Virus record (IMG/VR): IMGVR_UViG_3300048854_000081
Span: 64,001-128,000 of that record
DNA length: 64,000 nucleotides
Source: a virus
Taxonomy: Duplodnaviria; Caudoviricetes
Strand: one strand, 5' to 3'
In this document: piece after piece, positions 35,309-46,378 of the stretch
How the letters are laid out: every line of letters starts with the position of its first letter
How positions within the stretch are numbered: the first letter of the stretch is position 1
The notes under the pieces: model-generated
Seen by the model: the letters and a program-made list of their open reading frames with translations, nothing else
What the model was told of the DNA's origin: nothing
Database searches by the model: none
Translations under genes and position numbers: made by a program

Positions 35309-35839
35309 TTATATTAGGTTAAGAAATTCTTCGTATTCTTCTATCAATGAGTAGCGAATTGCATAGTAATATGGGATGTCATACACGATGACTTCGGTCT
35401 TCGAACTCAGTCCATTTTCCAAATCACTAAACGAATACTGATGCTTCAAGACCTCTTGAAAAGTCTTGATTCCATTCTCTCCATAGTTTTCTATGAGAGT
35501 AGACAGGGTTGTCTTGTATGTTTCGGTTGTGTTTGCCACATTCTGAGCATACAGATACTTGTAGCCATTTATCGGAAAGATAAAGAATGGCTCAAAGTCG
35601 GCTGTCTTGCTTGGCTGGAATGCCTCAACGCTATGAGCAAAAATTGATCTTTGCATAAGGTCGGTGTGGCTTTTGAAGGTGTCATTGAAGGCTTCAATGA
35701 TTTCGTTCTTTAGATTTTTCTTCTTTCTGACCTTTACCTTTCGAAACCCATCTTGATTGGTAGGTAAATTCTTTAGTAGAGGATACCCTCTTGATTCTGT
35801 TAAGAATTGAGAGCATTCATTTTGTATGGTTAATAACAT
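35309..35839 (-). CDS. late hypothetical protein
   Basis: CTAAATA upstream at 35884 on minus strand. Confidence 0.75.
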   Translation of the reverse strand: MLLTIQNECSQFLTESRGYPLLKNLPTNQDGFRKVKVRKKKNLKNEIIEAFNDTFKSHTDLMQRSIFAHSVEAFQPSKTADFEPFFIFPINGYKYLYAQNVANTTETYKTTLSTLIENYGENGIKTFQEVLKHQYSFSDLENGLSSKTEVIVYDIPYYYAIRYSLIEEYEEFLNLI

Positions 35840-35893
35840 TTTAAGGCTCGTTGGGAAGTTCTAAATAGATGTTGTCAAATGGATATTTAGAAG

Positions 35894-36541
35894 ATGAATG
35901 GTAGCAAAATGCGTCCTAAATTGCAATGCCTTTACGATAAGGTTGCAGGCCGCGATGTCTTTGTCATAGGTGGTGGACCTAGCTTCAAGGATATCGACAA
36001 GCGAGTTCTTGATGGTAAGATTATTTTCTGTCTTAACACAGCATATCGTGAATTTCCTAATGCTACCGCCCTATATTGGTGCGACGAAAGCTGGATAGGA
36101 AATCATTACGATGCTGTCATGGACCACCCATGTCAATTACGTTTCACTGCTCGCCATACTGCCGATGGTTACATTAAGAAAGACCTGTTGGCTACTGGGA
36201 ATGCTACCGTTATGAAACGTACCGGAGATTACGGAATAGATACTGACTTCAATCATGTTCGTGGCAACAATAGCGGGGCTCACGCCCTAAATCTTCTTGG
36301 TAACATGCGAGCCAAACGTATTATACTATTAGGATACGATATGTCTCTTTCCGGTTCAGCTTCACATTGGCACGAAGGCCATGGTCTACCTATGGGAAAT
36401 TATGTTTACAATGACCTATTTATTCCATCGATCACCAGCATGGCTAATCCCCTAAAGAATCTAAAGGTGGAAGTGGTGAATTGTTCACCAACCTCTCGTC
36501 TAGACTGCTTCAAGAAAGATAAGCTTGAGAACTACCTATGA
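35894..36541 (+). CDS. Maf/DUF115-like putative glycosyltransferase
   Basis: VFVIGGGPS, N..Y, NSG..A, IILLGYD. Confidence 0.7.
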   Translation: MNGSKMRPKLQCLYDKVAGRDVFVIGGGPSFKDIDKRVLDGKIIFCLNTAYREFPNATALYWCDESWIGNHYDAVMDHPCQLRFTARHTADGYIKKDLLATGNATVMKRTGDYGIDTDFNHVRGNNSGAHALNLLGNMRAKRIILLGYDMSLSGSASHWHEGHGLPMGNYVYNDLFIPSITSMANPLKNLKVEVVNCSPTSRLDCFKKDKLENYL

Positions 36542-37266
36542 TATCCTGCCTAATTGTTAATTTCAATTGTCTGTTCCACACCAAAAACCTTATCAAAGAC
36601 GTAGAGGCTCAAGACCTCCAAGATTTTGAGTTGATCATCATGGACCAGAATTCACACGAGGAAGGTACAAAGGAATTCTTGGAATCTATCAAAAATAAGT
36701 ACACTGTTATTCAAAATGGGTATAATAAACCATTGAATACCATCTGGAATGACTTTGTAACCATGTCTAAGTATGATTACTGTGCATTTCTTAACAATGA
36801 CATCCGTATTCCAACTAATTTCTTATCTAATACTGTGGAAATCTTCAATCTAGAGCCATCAGTGTCCTGCGTCATTCATCCAACCAATCACAAGGATTGG
36901 AGCATAGCCAAAAAGAAGCTGTCTTATGAAATTTTGTCAGATAGAACTCGACAGGGTTGGGATCACAGCTTTAGGAAGTCAGACTGGGTTACTATCCCAT
37001 CCATCCTAGACTTTTATTGTGGTGATGACTTTATCTTTGAAAATGTATATCTAAGAAATAAACACGTGGCTATGGCCTTAAGTTCACCAATTATCCATTT
37101 ATTAAGTCAAACTCGCAAGAGTCCACTTAATAAGGTCATTCCTAATAGAAATCCTATCAAGGATGTGGAGAGCTATAAGAAGTTAGGGTTCCGACACTAC
37201 CTTAATATACTGGATAAATATTCGAAAATTGAACCAGAAATAGCCCACATAAGGCAGGAATCATAA
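36538..37266 (+). CDS. GT2-family glycosyltransferase
   Basis: IVNFN, IIMDQNS, AFLNNDI, YCGDD. Confidence 0.85.
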   Translation: MISCLIVNFNCLFHTKNLIKDVEAQDLQDFELIIMDQNSHEEGTKEFLESIKNKYTVIQNGYNKPLNTIWNDFVTMSKYDYCAFLNNDIRIPTNFLSNTVEIFNLEPSVSCVIHPTNHKDWSIAKKKLSYEILSDRTRQGWDHSFRKSDWVTIPSILDFYCGDDFIFENVYLRNKHVAMALSSPIIHLLSQTRKSPLNKVIPNRNPIKDVESYKKLGFRHYLNILDKYSKIEPEIAHIRQES

Positions 37267-37739
37267 TGGCATATACAAATGTAGAGATTGTAAGAGGATT
37301 AAACGTAAGAATTGACGAAACCGTAAAAATTATCGGTAGTGGTAAGATAATTCTAGGTGATAATGTTCAAATTCGTGCTTATTCTATTATAGAAATCGAC
37401 GGTACCTTGGAAATTGGTGCTAGAAGTGTAATTGGATATCATAATTTTATACAATGTTCCGGAATATGCAAAATTGGTGTCGGCTCTTTGATCGGTCCTA
37501 ATACTGTAATGTTGGCTTCCAGTCACCAAATTACTGACGTTCCTTTGGTCGATGAGAAAATGTTGCGCAGTTTTCTAACAATTAAAGATAATGTGTGGGT
37601 AGGTGCCAATTGCACCATCAACCATGGGATTACTTTAGATGATAATTGTATTATTGGTGCAAATAGTTTTGTGAAGGCTAATGTAGGAAAGAATGAGATT
37701 GTAGGTGGCGTTCCAGCCAAGTTAATTAGAACTCGCTAA
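37266..37739 (+). CDS. hexapeptide-repeat (LbH) sugar O-acetyltransferase
   Basis: IKDNVWVGANCTI..GI.....CIIGANS.V...GGVPAK. Confidence 0.9.
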   Translation: MAYTNVEIVRGLNVRIDETVKIIGSGKIILGDNVQIRAYSIIEIDGTLEIGARSVIGYHNFIQCSGICKIGVGSLIGPNTVMLASSHQITDVPLVDEKMLRSFLTIKDNVWVGANCTINHGITLDDNCIIGANSFVKANVGKNEIVGGVPAKLIRTR

Positions 37740-38689
37740 TGAACTTCATCTTTGTCGTAGCCCTTAATAATGCAACCAATGCATATCAATATAAAACCAT
37801 CACTGGTCTATTTCGCACTTTAGCAATAACATTAGAAGAATTGGGTCACCAAACACATATTGTCTGTCATCCTGATTCGATCTTACATGCTCAAGATTAT
37901 ACCAAGACATATCTAACTGAATTCCTAAACGGCAATAATTACCAAACTCTAATTGAAGAAATTGGATTTACCCCCGATTACGCTTTTATTTGGAACGGTA
38001 ATCCGCCTTATGATGAAGTTACTATTAAATTATTGCAAGACAATAAAATAAAGATAGTATATGGGGAACTTGGTTTCTTCAAACACTTCAATAAAACCTG
38101 CTATTTCGATCTTAGTGGTGTCAATTGTAAGATTAGAGATATTATCGATCCGTTAAATGAACCTATTACCGAAGATGATCTTCAATTGGTTGAATTACTT
38201 AAGGAAGATAATATCCAACCTCGTTTAATAGAAGAACCTTATATTTTTATCCCATTACAAATTGAAACTGACACACAAATCGTAAAATATTCCCCTTTTA
38301 AGACAATGGATAAGTTTCTAACTCATGTAGCAGAAATCTTTAATGGAGATAATCGAAAGATTGTTTTCAAACAACATCCACTTAAATCTTCACCGATCAG
38401 TTCCTATGATAAATTCGTAGAGGTGACTGAAGATGTTCACCATTATATTCCCTATGCTGATCTTGTTGTCGGCATAAATTCTACTGTTCTGATGGAATCA
38501 TTGATCTATCATAATAGAATTATTAGCTTTGGTGCAAGTATTGCCTCTAGACAGTTGTCCGAAGAGCAAAGAATCAAATTGTTAGCCAAGCTTCAAAGGA
38601 AACAGGTCAATTGGGAAGACCTAAAAGACAAGGATAAGGTAGAGAATTCAAGATTCTACCAAGAAATATTAGAGGATTATAGTAAATGA
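37739..38689 (+). CDS. KpsS/KpsC-like capsule-synthesis glycosyltransferase
   Basis: E.GF, FIPLQ..D.QI, FKQHP, GINSTV..ES. Confidence 0.75.
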   Translation: MNFIFVVALNNATNAYQYKTITGLFRTLAITLEELGHQTHIVCHPDSILHAQDYTKTYLTEFLNGNNYQTLIEEIGFTPDYAFIWNGNPPYDEVTIKLLQDNKIKIVYGELGFFKHFNKTCYFDLSGVNCKIRDIIDPLNEPITEDDLQLVELLKEDNIQPRLIEEPYIFIPLQIETDTQIVKYSPFKTMDKFLTHVAEIFNGDNRKIVFKQHPLKSSPISSYDKFVEVTEDVHHYIPYADLVVGINSTVLMESLIYHNRIISFGASIASRQLSEEQRIKLLAKLQRKQVNWEDLKDKDKVENSRFYQEILEDYSK

Positions 38690-39381
38690 ATGGTATTAAA
38701 TGGTCTAAAGTAGATACGAGTAAGAAAGTTGATACTGTAATCATTGTATGTACTGGTCCAAGTTTGAAGAATTTCAACTTTGAATCATTACGCGACAAGG
38801 GCTATATCATTGCAGTGAACGATGCCGGTAAGTACGTTCCGTTCGCAGATGCATGGTTTACGCTCGATCCATGGGGTTGTGGTATAGGTGGTAAGCAATA
38901 TCCGGAAAATTTCCGTGGTGATTTATTTGCTGCTGTACCTGAAGACTATGGTACGACGTATGCCCGAAGCCTTGATCATAAGATTCAGGCAAACCCTAAG
39001 ATTAACTTCCTACATCGAATCCCATTCCATTCTGTTTCGCAGTCAGATATCAAAACTTACGATTATCTGACATGGGGATTTAACGATGATCGTGGAAGTA
39101 TCCACACAGGTAATTCCGGCTTTGGTGCTATGAATATGGCTTACCATATGAGACCAAAACGCATTGTTTTATTAGGATTAGATGCTAGCAGTGGTTATTT
39201 CTTTAATGAAAATAAGCCAACTCGCACTCTTAACCATCTACCATTAATCTTTAGATCAACATTACCACAACTAAAAGAAGCTAACATTGAGGTTCTAAAT
39301 GGAAGTCAGTTATCCAAAATCGATTGCTTCCCTAGATATGCCCTTAATGTTATAACCAAAAGACTTGAGACGCCAGCATGA
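38686..39381 (+). CDS. Maf/DUF115-like putative glycosyltransferase (paralog of 35894)
   Basis: IIVCTGPSL, IAVND, NSGFGA, IVLLGLD. Confidence 0.7.
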   Translation: MNGIKWSKVDTSKKVDTVIIVCTGPSLKNFNFESLRDKGYIIAVNDAGKYVPFADAWFTLDPWGCGIGGKQYPENFRGDLFAAVPEDYGTTYARSLDHKIQANPKINFLHRIPFHSVSQSDIKTYDYLTWGFNDDRGSIHTGNSGFGAMNMAYHMRPKRIVLLGLDASSGYFFNENKPTRTLNHLPLIFRSTLPQLKEANIEVLNGSQLSKIDCFPRYALNVITKRLETPA

Positions 39382-40655
39382 TACAAAATAAATTAAAATT
39401 ACACCTTGAAGACTCTTTAAAGCTTGACGGATCAGTTATCGACTTCCGTGTTTATGATGCACAAAACTTCTCTCTTATTCTAAACACCTTAAAAGGAAGT
39501 GACAAGCATTGCTATGGCGTCGATACATTCAAAGGTTTGGGTGATCCTACACAGGAAGATAGTCGCGATCCTGACACATACAGAGTTAAGAAAGGTGCAT
39601 TTTTAATTAATAGAAGTCTCACCAAACTTAATATTCGTTCTGATAATGAAAACTACTCATTAACTGAGACGGATAACTATAATGATTTAGAGTGGGTTAT
39701 TCCAGAACTAGAGAAATTCTGCTTCGCTTTAGTCGATTTGAAACAATTTGCCTCTACCAAGAAAGTTTTAGAATACCTTTGGACACGAATGACCTATGGT
39801 GGAACTATTTTCGTAGCCAATTATCACGAATCGTCAAATCATTCTGAACACATTGCAATCAAAGCATTTGTCGAGGCACATGATGAAGAAGTCAACGTTT
39901 CCAGACAAATGATGGTCAATGGTGTACATGAGAAGTTTATTGCCATTAAATGCTTGCGTGATGCGGTGAAGCCAGCCAATTGGAGAAGCTACACCAAATC
40001 CCAAAAAGTAACCATAGCAATGGTTCTTAAGACTGGCGGCGAAGTTTACAATTACAAATACGTCAATGCTCTTGCAAAATCAATCAAAGAAAACGTTACA
40101 GTTCCTCATGAAGTTGTAGTACTTACCGATAATCCGAAGGGATTCACTTGGGATGTTGATAGAGTTATTCCATTAGCTAATAACTACCCTACATGGTGGA
40201 GTAAGATAGAATTGTTCAAGCCGTACCAGTTCGATGGTCCTGTGTTCTATTTTGATTTGGATACCGCCATTATTGGTAACATTGACGATATCGTATCGTA
40301 TGATGGTGATTTTGCTGGGTTGAGAGATTTCTATGGTCTGCATTCCCTTGGAAGTGGTCTTATGGGATGGAATCCTAAGCATACAGATAAAATTTATCTC
40401 GATTTTGCACCACGATACAGCACCATCATAACCAATTATAAGGAAGGTGATCAGAAGTGGATCGATGAGAATAAGCCCTCAGTCGAGTATCTTCAGGACA
40501 TCTATCCTAATCAAATCGTATCTTTCAAGAGACATTGCTTGGATAAGCATGGTCAGATCGTTATTCCAGAGAAAGCTAAGATCATTTGCTTCCATGGTAA
40601 CCCGCGACCACATTCGATTACCCACCCTGTTATATCAAAATATTGGAATTCTTAA
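39378..40655 (+). CDS. TylF-like methyltransferase + GT-A (DxD) fusion
   Basis: N: FRVY, GVDTF.GL, LVDL..F.ST, GG.I; C: WWSKIELF, YFDLDT, D.K, FHG.PRP. Confidence 0.7.
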   Translation: MIQNKLKLHLEDSLKLDGSVIDFRVYDAQNFSLILNTLKGSDKHCYGVDTFKGLGDPTQEDSRDPDTYRVKKGAFLINRSLTKLNIRSDNENYSLTETDNYNDLEWVIPELEKFCFALVDLKQFASTKKVLEYLWTRMTYGGTIFVANYHESSNHSEHIAIKAFVEAHDEEVNVSRQMMVNGVHEKFIAIKCLRDAVKPANWRSYTKSQKVTIAMVLKTGGEVYNYKYVNALAKSIKENVTVPHEVVVLTDNPKGFTWDVDRVIPLANNYPTWWSKIELFKPYQFDGPVFYFDLDTAIIGNIDDIVSYDGDFAGLRDFYGLHSLGSGLMGWNPKHTDKIYLDFAPRYSTIITNYKEGDQKWIDENKPSVEYLQDIYPNQIVSFKRHCLDKHGQIVIPEKAKIICFHGNPRPHSITHPVISKYWNS

Positions 40656-40694
40656 TATCCATAAATACACAGATAGTATTTGACCGGAAACCGA

Positions 40695-42527
40695 ATGGCG
40701 ACAATAACATATAAGTGCAATGTCTGCGAAAGAAACATTGATCTACTTGAGAACAAGCAAGGTCTGACCACATTTTCTAAATGTGTGATTACGTATGGCT
40801 GCAAAGGTAAGTTATTAAAAACTAAGAGAAATCCTGACAATATCCGAGAATCATTCCCGGTAGAAGTGCCGGGGCTGGAAGATTACAGTCAACGTCGAGT
40901 TCTATTCGATTACACTCAGACTCTTCCAAGTTCGGTGTGGGTTATCTCGCATGATCTTAACACATCACCTACGGTTTCAGTTTATATCCTGAATACTACG
41001 ACAAAAAAATATGATGAGCTTGATCAGAATCAGTACAAGATTACGATTCTTGGTACAAATCGCTTAAAGCTTACCTTTAAGAATTCATACGTCGGCAGAG
41101 CCCAGTTAGTTTCAAGAAACTCGATAAAGTCGGTTCCTACCAGTGTTACTCCGGTTCTTGCTCCATTCCAAGTTACCAGTACTGGCTATTTCGTATTCGC
41201 TGTACCAAAATATCTAACGAAGTTTGAATACCCGCCTTCGATTCTTCCTACTCCACAACTTCCATACGATCTTAATGCACTTCCAATCAGAATTGAAGTC
41301 AGCATTAAGAAGCCTAACGAGGAAGAAGAAATATGTACAGAAATCTTCTCTAGTTCACTTTCCAATACTCCGTGGACTGGTTGGAATGAGGTTCTTGTTC
41401 GAAAGAGAAGAAACTATTACCTATTCAGCAAGAGCATTCTAGCTTTTAGAACCTTTGGTGGTGACACTCTTAAATTCAGTGACATTCCAGATGGAACACA
41501 GCTTAAAATCACACGTATCGACTATGGTACTGGTGTACTTCAGCCTATTCCACCGGAAGGTTTGTACATTCTATTGGCCGGTACTCCATTTACCACCAAT
41601 GATAAAATTAAGGATAAGGTCGTTGACGTAGCCAATATGGTTGACAACGATATCGATTATTTTTCTTATACTACATCAGATTTCTTTGTTGACCAATCTA
41701 ATGTCGAAAAAACCTATCCAGAACTATTGCAGGTCAAGGCGGTTAACTTCATTCCACCTACACCAAGCCCTACACCTACAATTTCTCCTACAATTTCACA
41801 AACTCCGTCAGTTTCCTTGACTAAATCGGTTATTGTCAGTGCAACACCACAGGCGTCTCCACAGCCTTCGTCCAGCATTCCGGCAACTCCAACACCAACA
41901 GCTTCGGTAACGAAGTCAGCTACACCTACACCAACGGTTACTCCAACTCCTACTCCGGGTTCGTTCAACCAACCATTCGACTTTGCTCTAGTTCGTTACA
42001 CATGGAATGCAGGCGATGGTACCGACCTAGATACCAGAACCGCCATTATCGTTCCACCACGCAATATTGACGTGGGTTGGAGTCGTGCAGATGTTGATGG
42101 AACCTACCTTAACTGGGGTGGTGATAATACCTCACCTAACGGTCCAGAAGCCGTACTAATCGATTTCAATTCGTTGTCTACTGACTATCCAGATATTGAT
42201 GATTTTTCTATTAGATTAAGATTGAACTGGTATAGCACGCGTTTGGATGGTAATGTGGGTATACAATTCCAAAGCTATTTGGGTGGTACCATGCAACATA
42301 GTGGTACCGACTTTGTTAACGTTGGTGGACAATTAGTTAATGATGCAACAGTTTACGTAAACTGTGTAAGTAACAGTGCTGGTAACGTAGATGGTTCGGA
42401 TATTGGTACGTTGAATTATGATAGCGGTACAAAGACGGCTAGCTTCATTCCGTTAGTTCCGGCTGTAACGCCTACTCAAACTCCACAACCTTCGCCAACT
42501 CCAACGGCAACACCATCAAGCACTTAA
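40695..42527 (+). CDS. virion structural protein with TP stalk
   Basis: Late promoter 40661; CxxC N-terminus, W.I.H.L motif, TP repeats. Confidence 0.8.
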   Translation: MATITYKCNVCERNIDLLENKQGLTTFSKCVITYGCKGKLLKTKRNPDNIRESFPVEVPGLEDYSQRRVLFDYTQTLPSSVWVISHDLNTSPTVSVYILNTTTKKYDELDQNQYKITILGTNRLKLTFKNSYVGRAQLVSRNSIKSVPTSVTPVLAPFQVTSTGYFVFAVPKYLTKFEYPPSILPTPQLPYDLNALPIRIEVSIKKPNEEEEICTEIFSSSLSNTPWTGWNEVLVRKRRNYYLFSKSILAFRTFGGDTLKFSDIPDGTQLKITRIDYGTGVLQPIPPEGLYILLAGTPFTTNDKIKDKVVDVANMVDNDIDYFSYTTSDFFVDQSNVEKTYPELLQVKAVNFIPPTPSPTPTISPTISQTPSVSLTKSVIVSATPQASPQPSSSIPATPTPTASVTKSATPTPTVTPTPTPGSFNQPFDFALVRYTWNAGDGTDLDTRTAIIVPPRNIDVGWSRADVDGTYLNWGGDNTSPNGPEAVLIDFNSLSTDYPDIDDFSIRLRLNWYSTRLDGNVGIQFQSYLGGTMQHSGTDFVNVGGQLVNDATVYVNCVSNSAGNVDGSDIGTLNYDSGTKTASFIPLVPAVTPTQTPQPSPTPTATPSST

Positions 42528-42571
42528 TCATCCGAAATAGTAATAAATAGGTTAGACTATTTTGGATTAGC

Positions 42572-45500
42572 ATGAAGATTAATTTTAGACAAGGAATCAT
42601 TGGGTGTCAAAGACTCCCAAAATTCATCAAGGTAACTTCACCAACGACTGCATCTTTTGATGCTTCGGTATTACCTACTGTTCTAAATTTTGCTGATGGT
42701 GCATCCAATTACCTTTATTATCTAAAAACCTCGATTGAACCTGCATGGATTTTTCCTGCGGGAGTAGAGTGCTGGTTATATTGGGATATTAGTACCGAAG
42801 ATAGCTCGTTTTCTTTTGGATACACTCCATTCAATCCATTCGCGACGACCGCACCAACCAACCCCCAAATTAATCAGATGTACTTTGATCTTACCGATTT
42901 CAAGTACAAGGCTTGGACAGGTCAATATTGGAGAAACGTTATCCGTGTCATCGCGGGTTCTGTGGATGCACAAGGAAAGGCTGTTCTTCAATCCACCGGC
43001 AGTCAGATCAATTGGCAGATATCTTGTATTACAAATGAAATTGTACTGGATGAAACTGCACGTCCTATTAAGAAATACAATGATGCTGGCTTTGAATTTT
43101 ATAACAAAGATACCATCAAGACTTTCAAGAAAGAATCGAATGATACTTTTACTTATTCCCGTTTAGTAAATGCTCATGGTGAGGCTGAAACGCCTATTTT
43201 GAAGCACTATTGTGTTACTTGGAAGAATTTTAACACATTAGAACCTGCTGATCCACAAATGTTAACACAACCCGCTTTCGCTCTTGCTGAGCGTGAAGTT
43301 GGTACAGGTGAGCTTACAAGCTTGTATTTCGATGGTTTTGTCACCAATAGAACCGATTGGAATTGGACTTATACAGAACATACACCATTGTATGTTGGTA
43401 GTCATGGTCAACTAACAGTAGATTTTGATCCAGTTTTCTCTTTCCAAACAGTTGGTTACATTGTTTCACAGAACACCATTTATGTGAATTTTTCTGAACA
43501 ATATGTCAGTCAAAATCACCCAACACTAACACCATCACCAACCACGTCTCCTACACCAACTGTTACACCTTCAGTTACGGTTTCCATGAGTGTGTCTCCG
43601 GAAGCTACCGCAACCCCTACACCAACAGTTACATCCAGTGCTACACCAAGTGTAACGGTTACTCCAACATTAACGGCTACGCCTTCTCATACATTAACAC
43701 CATCGGTTACTGTAACGAGAAGTTTGACCTTAACTCCAACACCTACCAATACTCAGACTGGTTCACCGTTTGTTACACATACTGCGACGCCTTCTGTATC
43801 GCAAACTGCGTCTCTAACTTCGACACCTACACCAACCGTCTCTCAGACCGCCTCTCCGTCCATTACACACTCTCCGACGCCAACTGTGTCCGAGACTGCA
43901 TCTTTGACCATGACGCCTTCTGTGACGCCTACAAGAAGTCTTACAGTAACCCCAAGTCATACGATATCGCCAAGCGTTTCGTTTACTCATACAGCAACGG
44001 CTACCCCAGCGGCGACACATACGGTAACTCCAACAGTCACACCTACTGTGACTCGCTCCATTTCCATCACACCATCGGTAACTCCAACACATTCGTTGAC
44101 ACCATCGGTCACGGGTACTCCGGGTGCTACCTTGACTCCATCGGTTACTATTTCGATATCCGTGTCGCAAACGTTGTCACCAACAGTCACACCAACCTTG
44201 ACAGCTACCCCTTCGATAACAGCTTCACCATCGGAGACTCCACAAGCTACCTTAACAAATACACCGACTGCAACTGTCACTCAGACAGTTACACCAACCT
44301 TGACACCTACCGTAACTCCAACCATTTCCATTACACCATCAGTAACAGCTAGCCAAAGCGTAAGTTTAACAGCTTCGTTGACTCCTACGGTAACATCTTC
44401 AGTTACACCAACGGTGACACCAACTATTTCACTAACAGGTGAAGTTACACCTACGCCTACGAGTTCAATCAGCCCAAGTCCAACCTTAACTCCAACAAAT
44501 ACCGCAACGGTCAGCGTTTCGTCGTCGCTAACTCCTACACCAACAGTAACGGCTTCACAAACCATTACAGTATCTACAAGTGCCACACCGGGTGCTACTG
44601 CTACGCCAACAGCTACGGTTACACCAACGATTTCTGTAACACCATCTGTTACGGGAAGTTTGACCTTGACCCCAACATCGACTGTTACGCCTTCAGTAAC
44701 CCAGTCAATATCTGTATCTCTAACACCATCCCCAACCGGAACTCCGGCTGTAACGGTATCTGTATCAGGAACACCGCCTGTTACACCAACCGCTACGGCT
44801 ACCATAACTCCAACGAATACAGTTACCCCTTCGGTGACAGGTTCGCTTACATTTACTCCAACTGCGACTGCATTACCAACAGTCACACCAACAATTTCTA
44901 CAACTCCATCCGTGACAGCGACCCCACCTGTAACTCAGTCGCTATCCGTGACACCAAATCCTACTGGAACTCCACCAGTAACTCCAACAAGCACACTTAC
45001 ATTAACTCCGACTCAGACTGCCTCGGTGACGTTAACGGCACAACCTACGGTCACACCTACACTTTCACTAACACCATCCCCATCGTTGACGGCATCGTTG
45101 ACCTTAACTCCTACACCAACATCGGAAGTAACTGTAACTCCAACTCTGACCGTAACTCCTTCCGTAACACAGTCAATTTCTGTGAGCTTGACTGCGACAA
45201 TTACTCCAACGATTTCTTCGACACCTCCGGTAACGCAGACAATTTCGACTACCCCATCACCTACCCCAACGATAACTGGTTCGATTACTCCATCGGTAAG
45301 CATTTCGCCATCTGGAACAATTACACCTACCCCAACACCATCGCAAACTCCAACAAACCAAGATTTGTTAGTAATGGCACATAACAATACTCCACGCGTT
45401 GCGGTGTATGGTCAAAATGGTTCCACATTCACCCCAATTACTCAAAGCTTAGGTATTACGACGGGTGATGGTCGTGCAATTGCAATGAGTCCTGATTCTG

Positions 45501-46342
45501 GTTATATGGCTTTTGGTAAAACAGACAGTAATGCTCCATTCCTATATGTGTTTGCTCGTAGTGGTAACTCATTCGTGAGCACTGGGGTAAGCATTTCTGC
45601 CCAGCCTGCTGGTGTGGTTCAGGGCTTGGATTTCAGTCCAGATGGAACACTACTGGCTGTTGCACATGGTGTTTCACCATTCGTAACGGTTTACACTAAA
45701 AGTGGTGGTACGTTTACAAAATTGACTGGTAACTTTGACGTTTTACCAACTAATACTGGTAACCGCGTTAAGTTCTCGCCTGACGGAAATTTCTTGCTTG
45801 TAAGTACCAACGTCACTGGTGTGTTGTTATACCAGAGAAGCGGTAATAACTTTACCAAGGTTACTGCTGCGGCATTACCTACGAATACAACATATAGTAT
45901 GACCTTCACTCCTGATAGTGCTTACTTGGCGATTGCCAGTGCCCAGTCTCCATTCTTGTTTGTGTACCAGTTTAATTCTGGTGCCCCAGTTAAGGTAGCT
46001 GATTCGGCCAATATCCCAACAGCAGCTTGCTATACCATTAACTTTAATCATACAGGAACGATGCTATCCGTAGGTACTCTATCGGCATCACCATTCCTAT
46101 ACACGTACTCATTCTCGGCTGGCGCATTAACTAAGCTACCTGATCCAGATGTATTGCCAGCAGGCAATGTCACAGGTATCACATACACTACAGCGAATGA
46201 TTATCTGTGTGTAGGTGCGGGCACGACACCGTTTATCTACATATATTCGATTAGTGGAACAACATTCACTAAGGTAGCTGATCCAACTACTCTACCGGGT
46301 GGACCAGCATTTGACATTTCCTCCGTAAGAATTCAAGGGTGA
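42572..46342 (+). CDS. large mucin-like fibre protein with C-terminal beta-propeller
   Basis: Late promoter 42543; ~610-aa T/P/S/V stalk; FSPDG/PF..VY repeats. Confidence 0.85.
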   Translation: MKINFRQGIIGCQRLPKFIKVTSPTTASFDASVLPTVLNFADGASNYLYYLKTSIEPAWIFPAGVECWLYWDISTEDSSFSFGYTPFNPFATTAPTNPQINQMYFDLTDFKYKAWTGQYWRNVIRVIAGSVDAQGKAVLQSTGSQINWQISCITNEIVLDETARPIKKYNDAGFEFYNKDTIKTFKKESNDTFTYSRLVNAHGEAETPILKHYCVTWKNFNTLEPADPQMLTQPAFALAEREVGTGELTSLYFDGFVTNRTDWNWTYTEHTPLYVGSHGQLTVDFDPVFSFQTVGYIVSQNTIYVNFSEQYVSQNHPTLTPSPTTSPTPTVTPSVTVSMSVSPEATATPTPTVTSSATPSVTVTPTLTATPSHTLTPSVTVTRSLTLTPTPTNTQTGSPFVTHTATPSVSQTASLTSTPTPTVSQTASPSITHSPTPTVSETASLTMTPSVTPTRSLTVTPSHTISPSVSFTHTATATPAATHTVTPTVTPTVTRSISITPSVTPTHSLTPSVTGTPGATLTPSVTISISVSQTLSPTVTPTLTATPSITASPSETPQATLTNTPTATVTQTVTPTLTPTVTPTISITPSVTASQSVSLTASLTPTVTSSVTPTVTPTISLTGEVTPTPTSSISPSPTLTPTNTATVSVSSSLTPTPTVTASQTITVSTSATPGATATPTATVTPTISVTPSVTGSLTLTPTSTVTPSVTQSISVSLTPSPTGTPAVTVSVSGTPPVTPTATATITPTNTVTPSVTGSLTFTPTATALPTVTPTISTTPSVTATPPVTQSLSVTPNPTGTPPVTPTSTLTLTPTQTASVTLTAQPTVTPTLSLTPSPSLTASLTLTPTPTSEVTVTPTLTVTPSVTQSISVSLTATITPTISSTPPVTQTISTTPSPTPTITGSITPSVSISPSGTITPTPTPSQTPTNQDLLVMAHNNTPRVAVYGQNGSTFTPITQSLGITTGDGRAIAMSPDSGYMAFGKTDSNAPFLYVFARSGNSFVSTGVSISAQPAGVVQGLDFSPDGTLLAVAHGVSPFVTVYTKSGGTFTKLTGNFDVLPTNTGNRVKFSPDGNFLLVSTNVTGVLLYQRSGNNFTKVTAAALPTNTTYSMTFTPDSAYLAIASAQSPFLFVYQFNSGAPVKVADSANIPTAACYTINFNHTGTMLSVGTLSASPFLYTYSFSAGALTKLPDPDVLPAGNVTGITYTTANDYLCVGAGTTPFIYIYSISGTTFTKVADPTTLPGGPAFDISSVRIQG

Positions 46343-46378
46343 AATAAATAGTACAATGAATTCTAAGGTAAATTTTAC

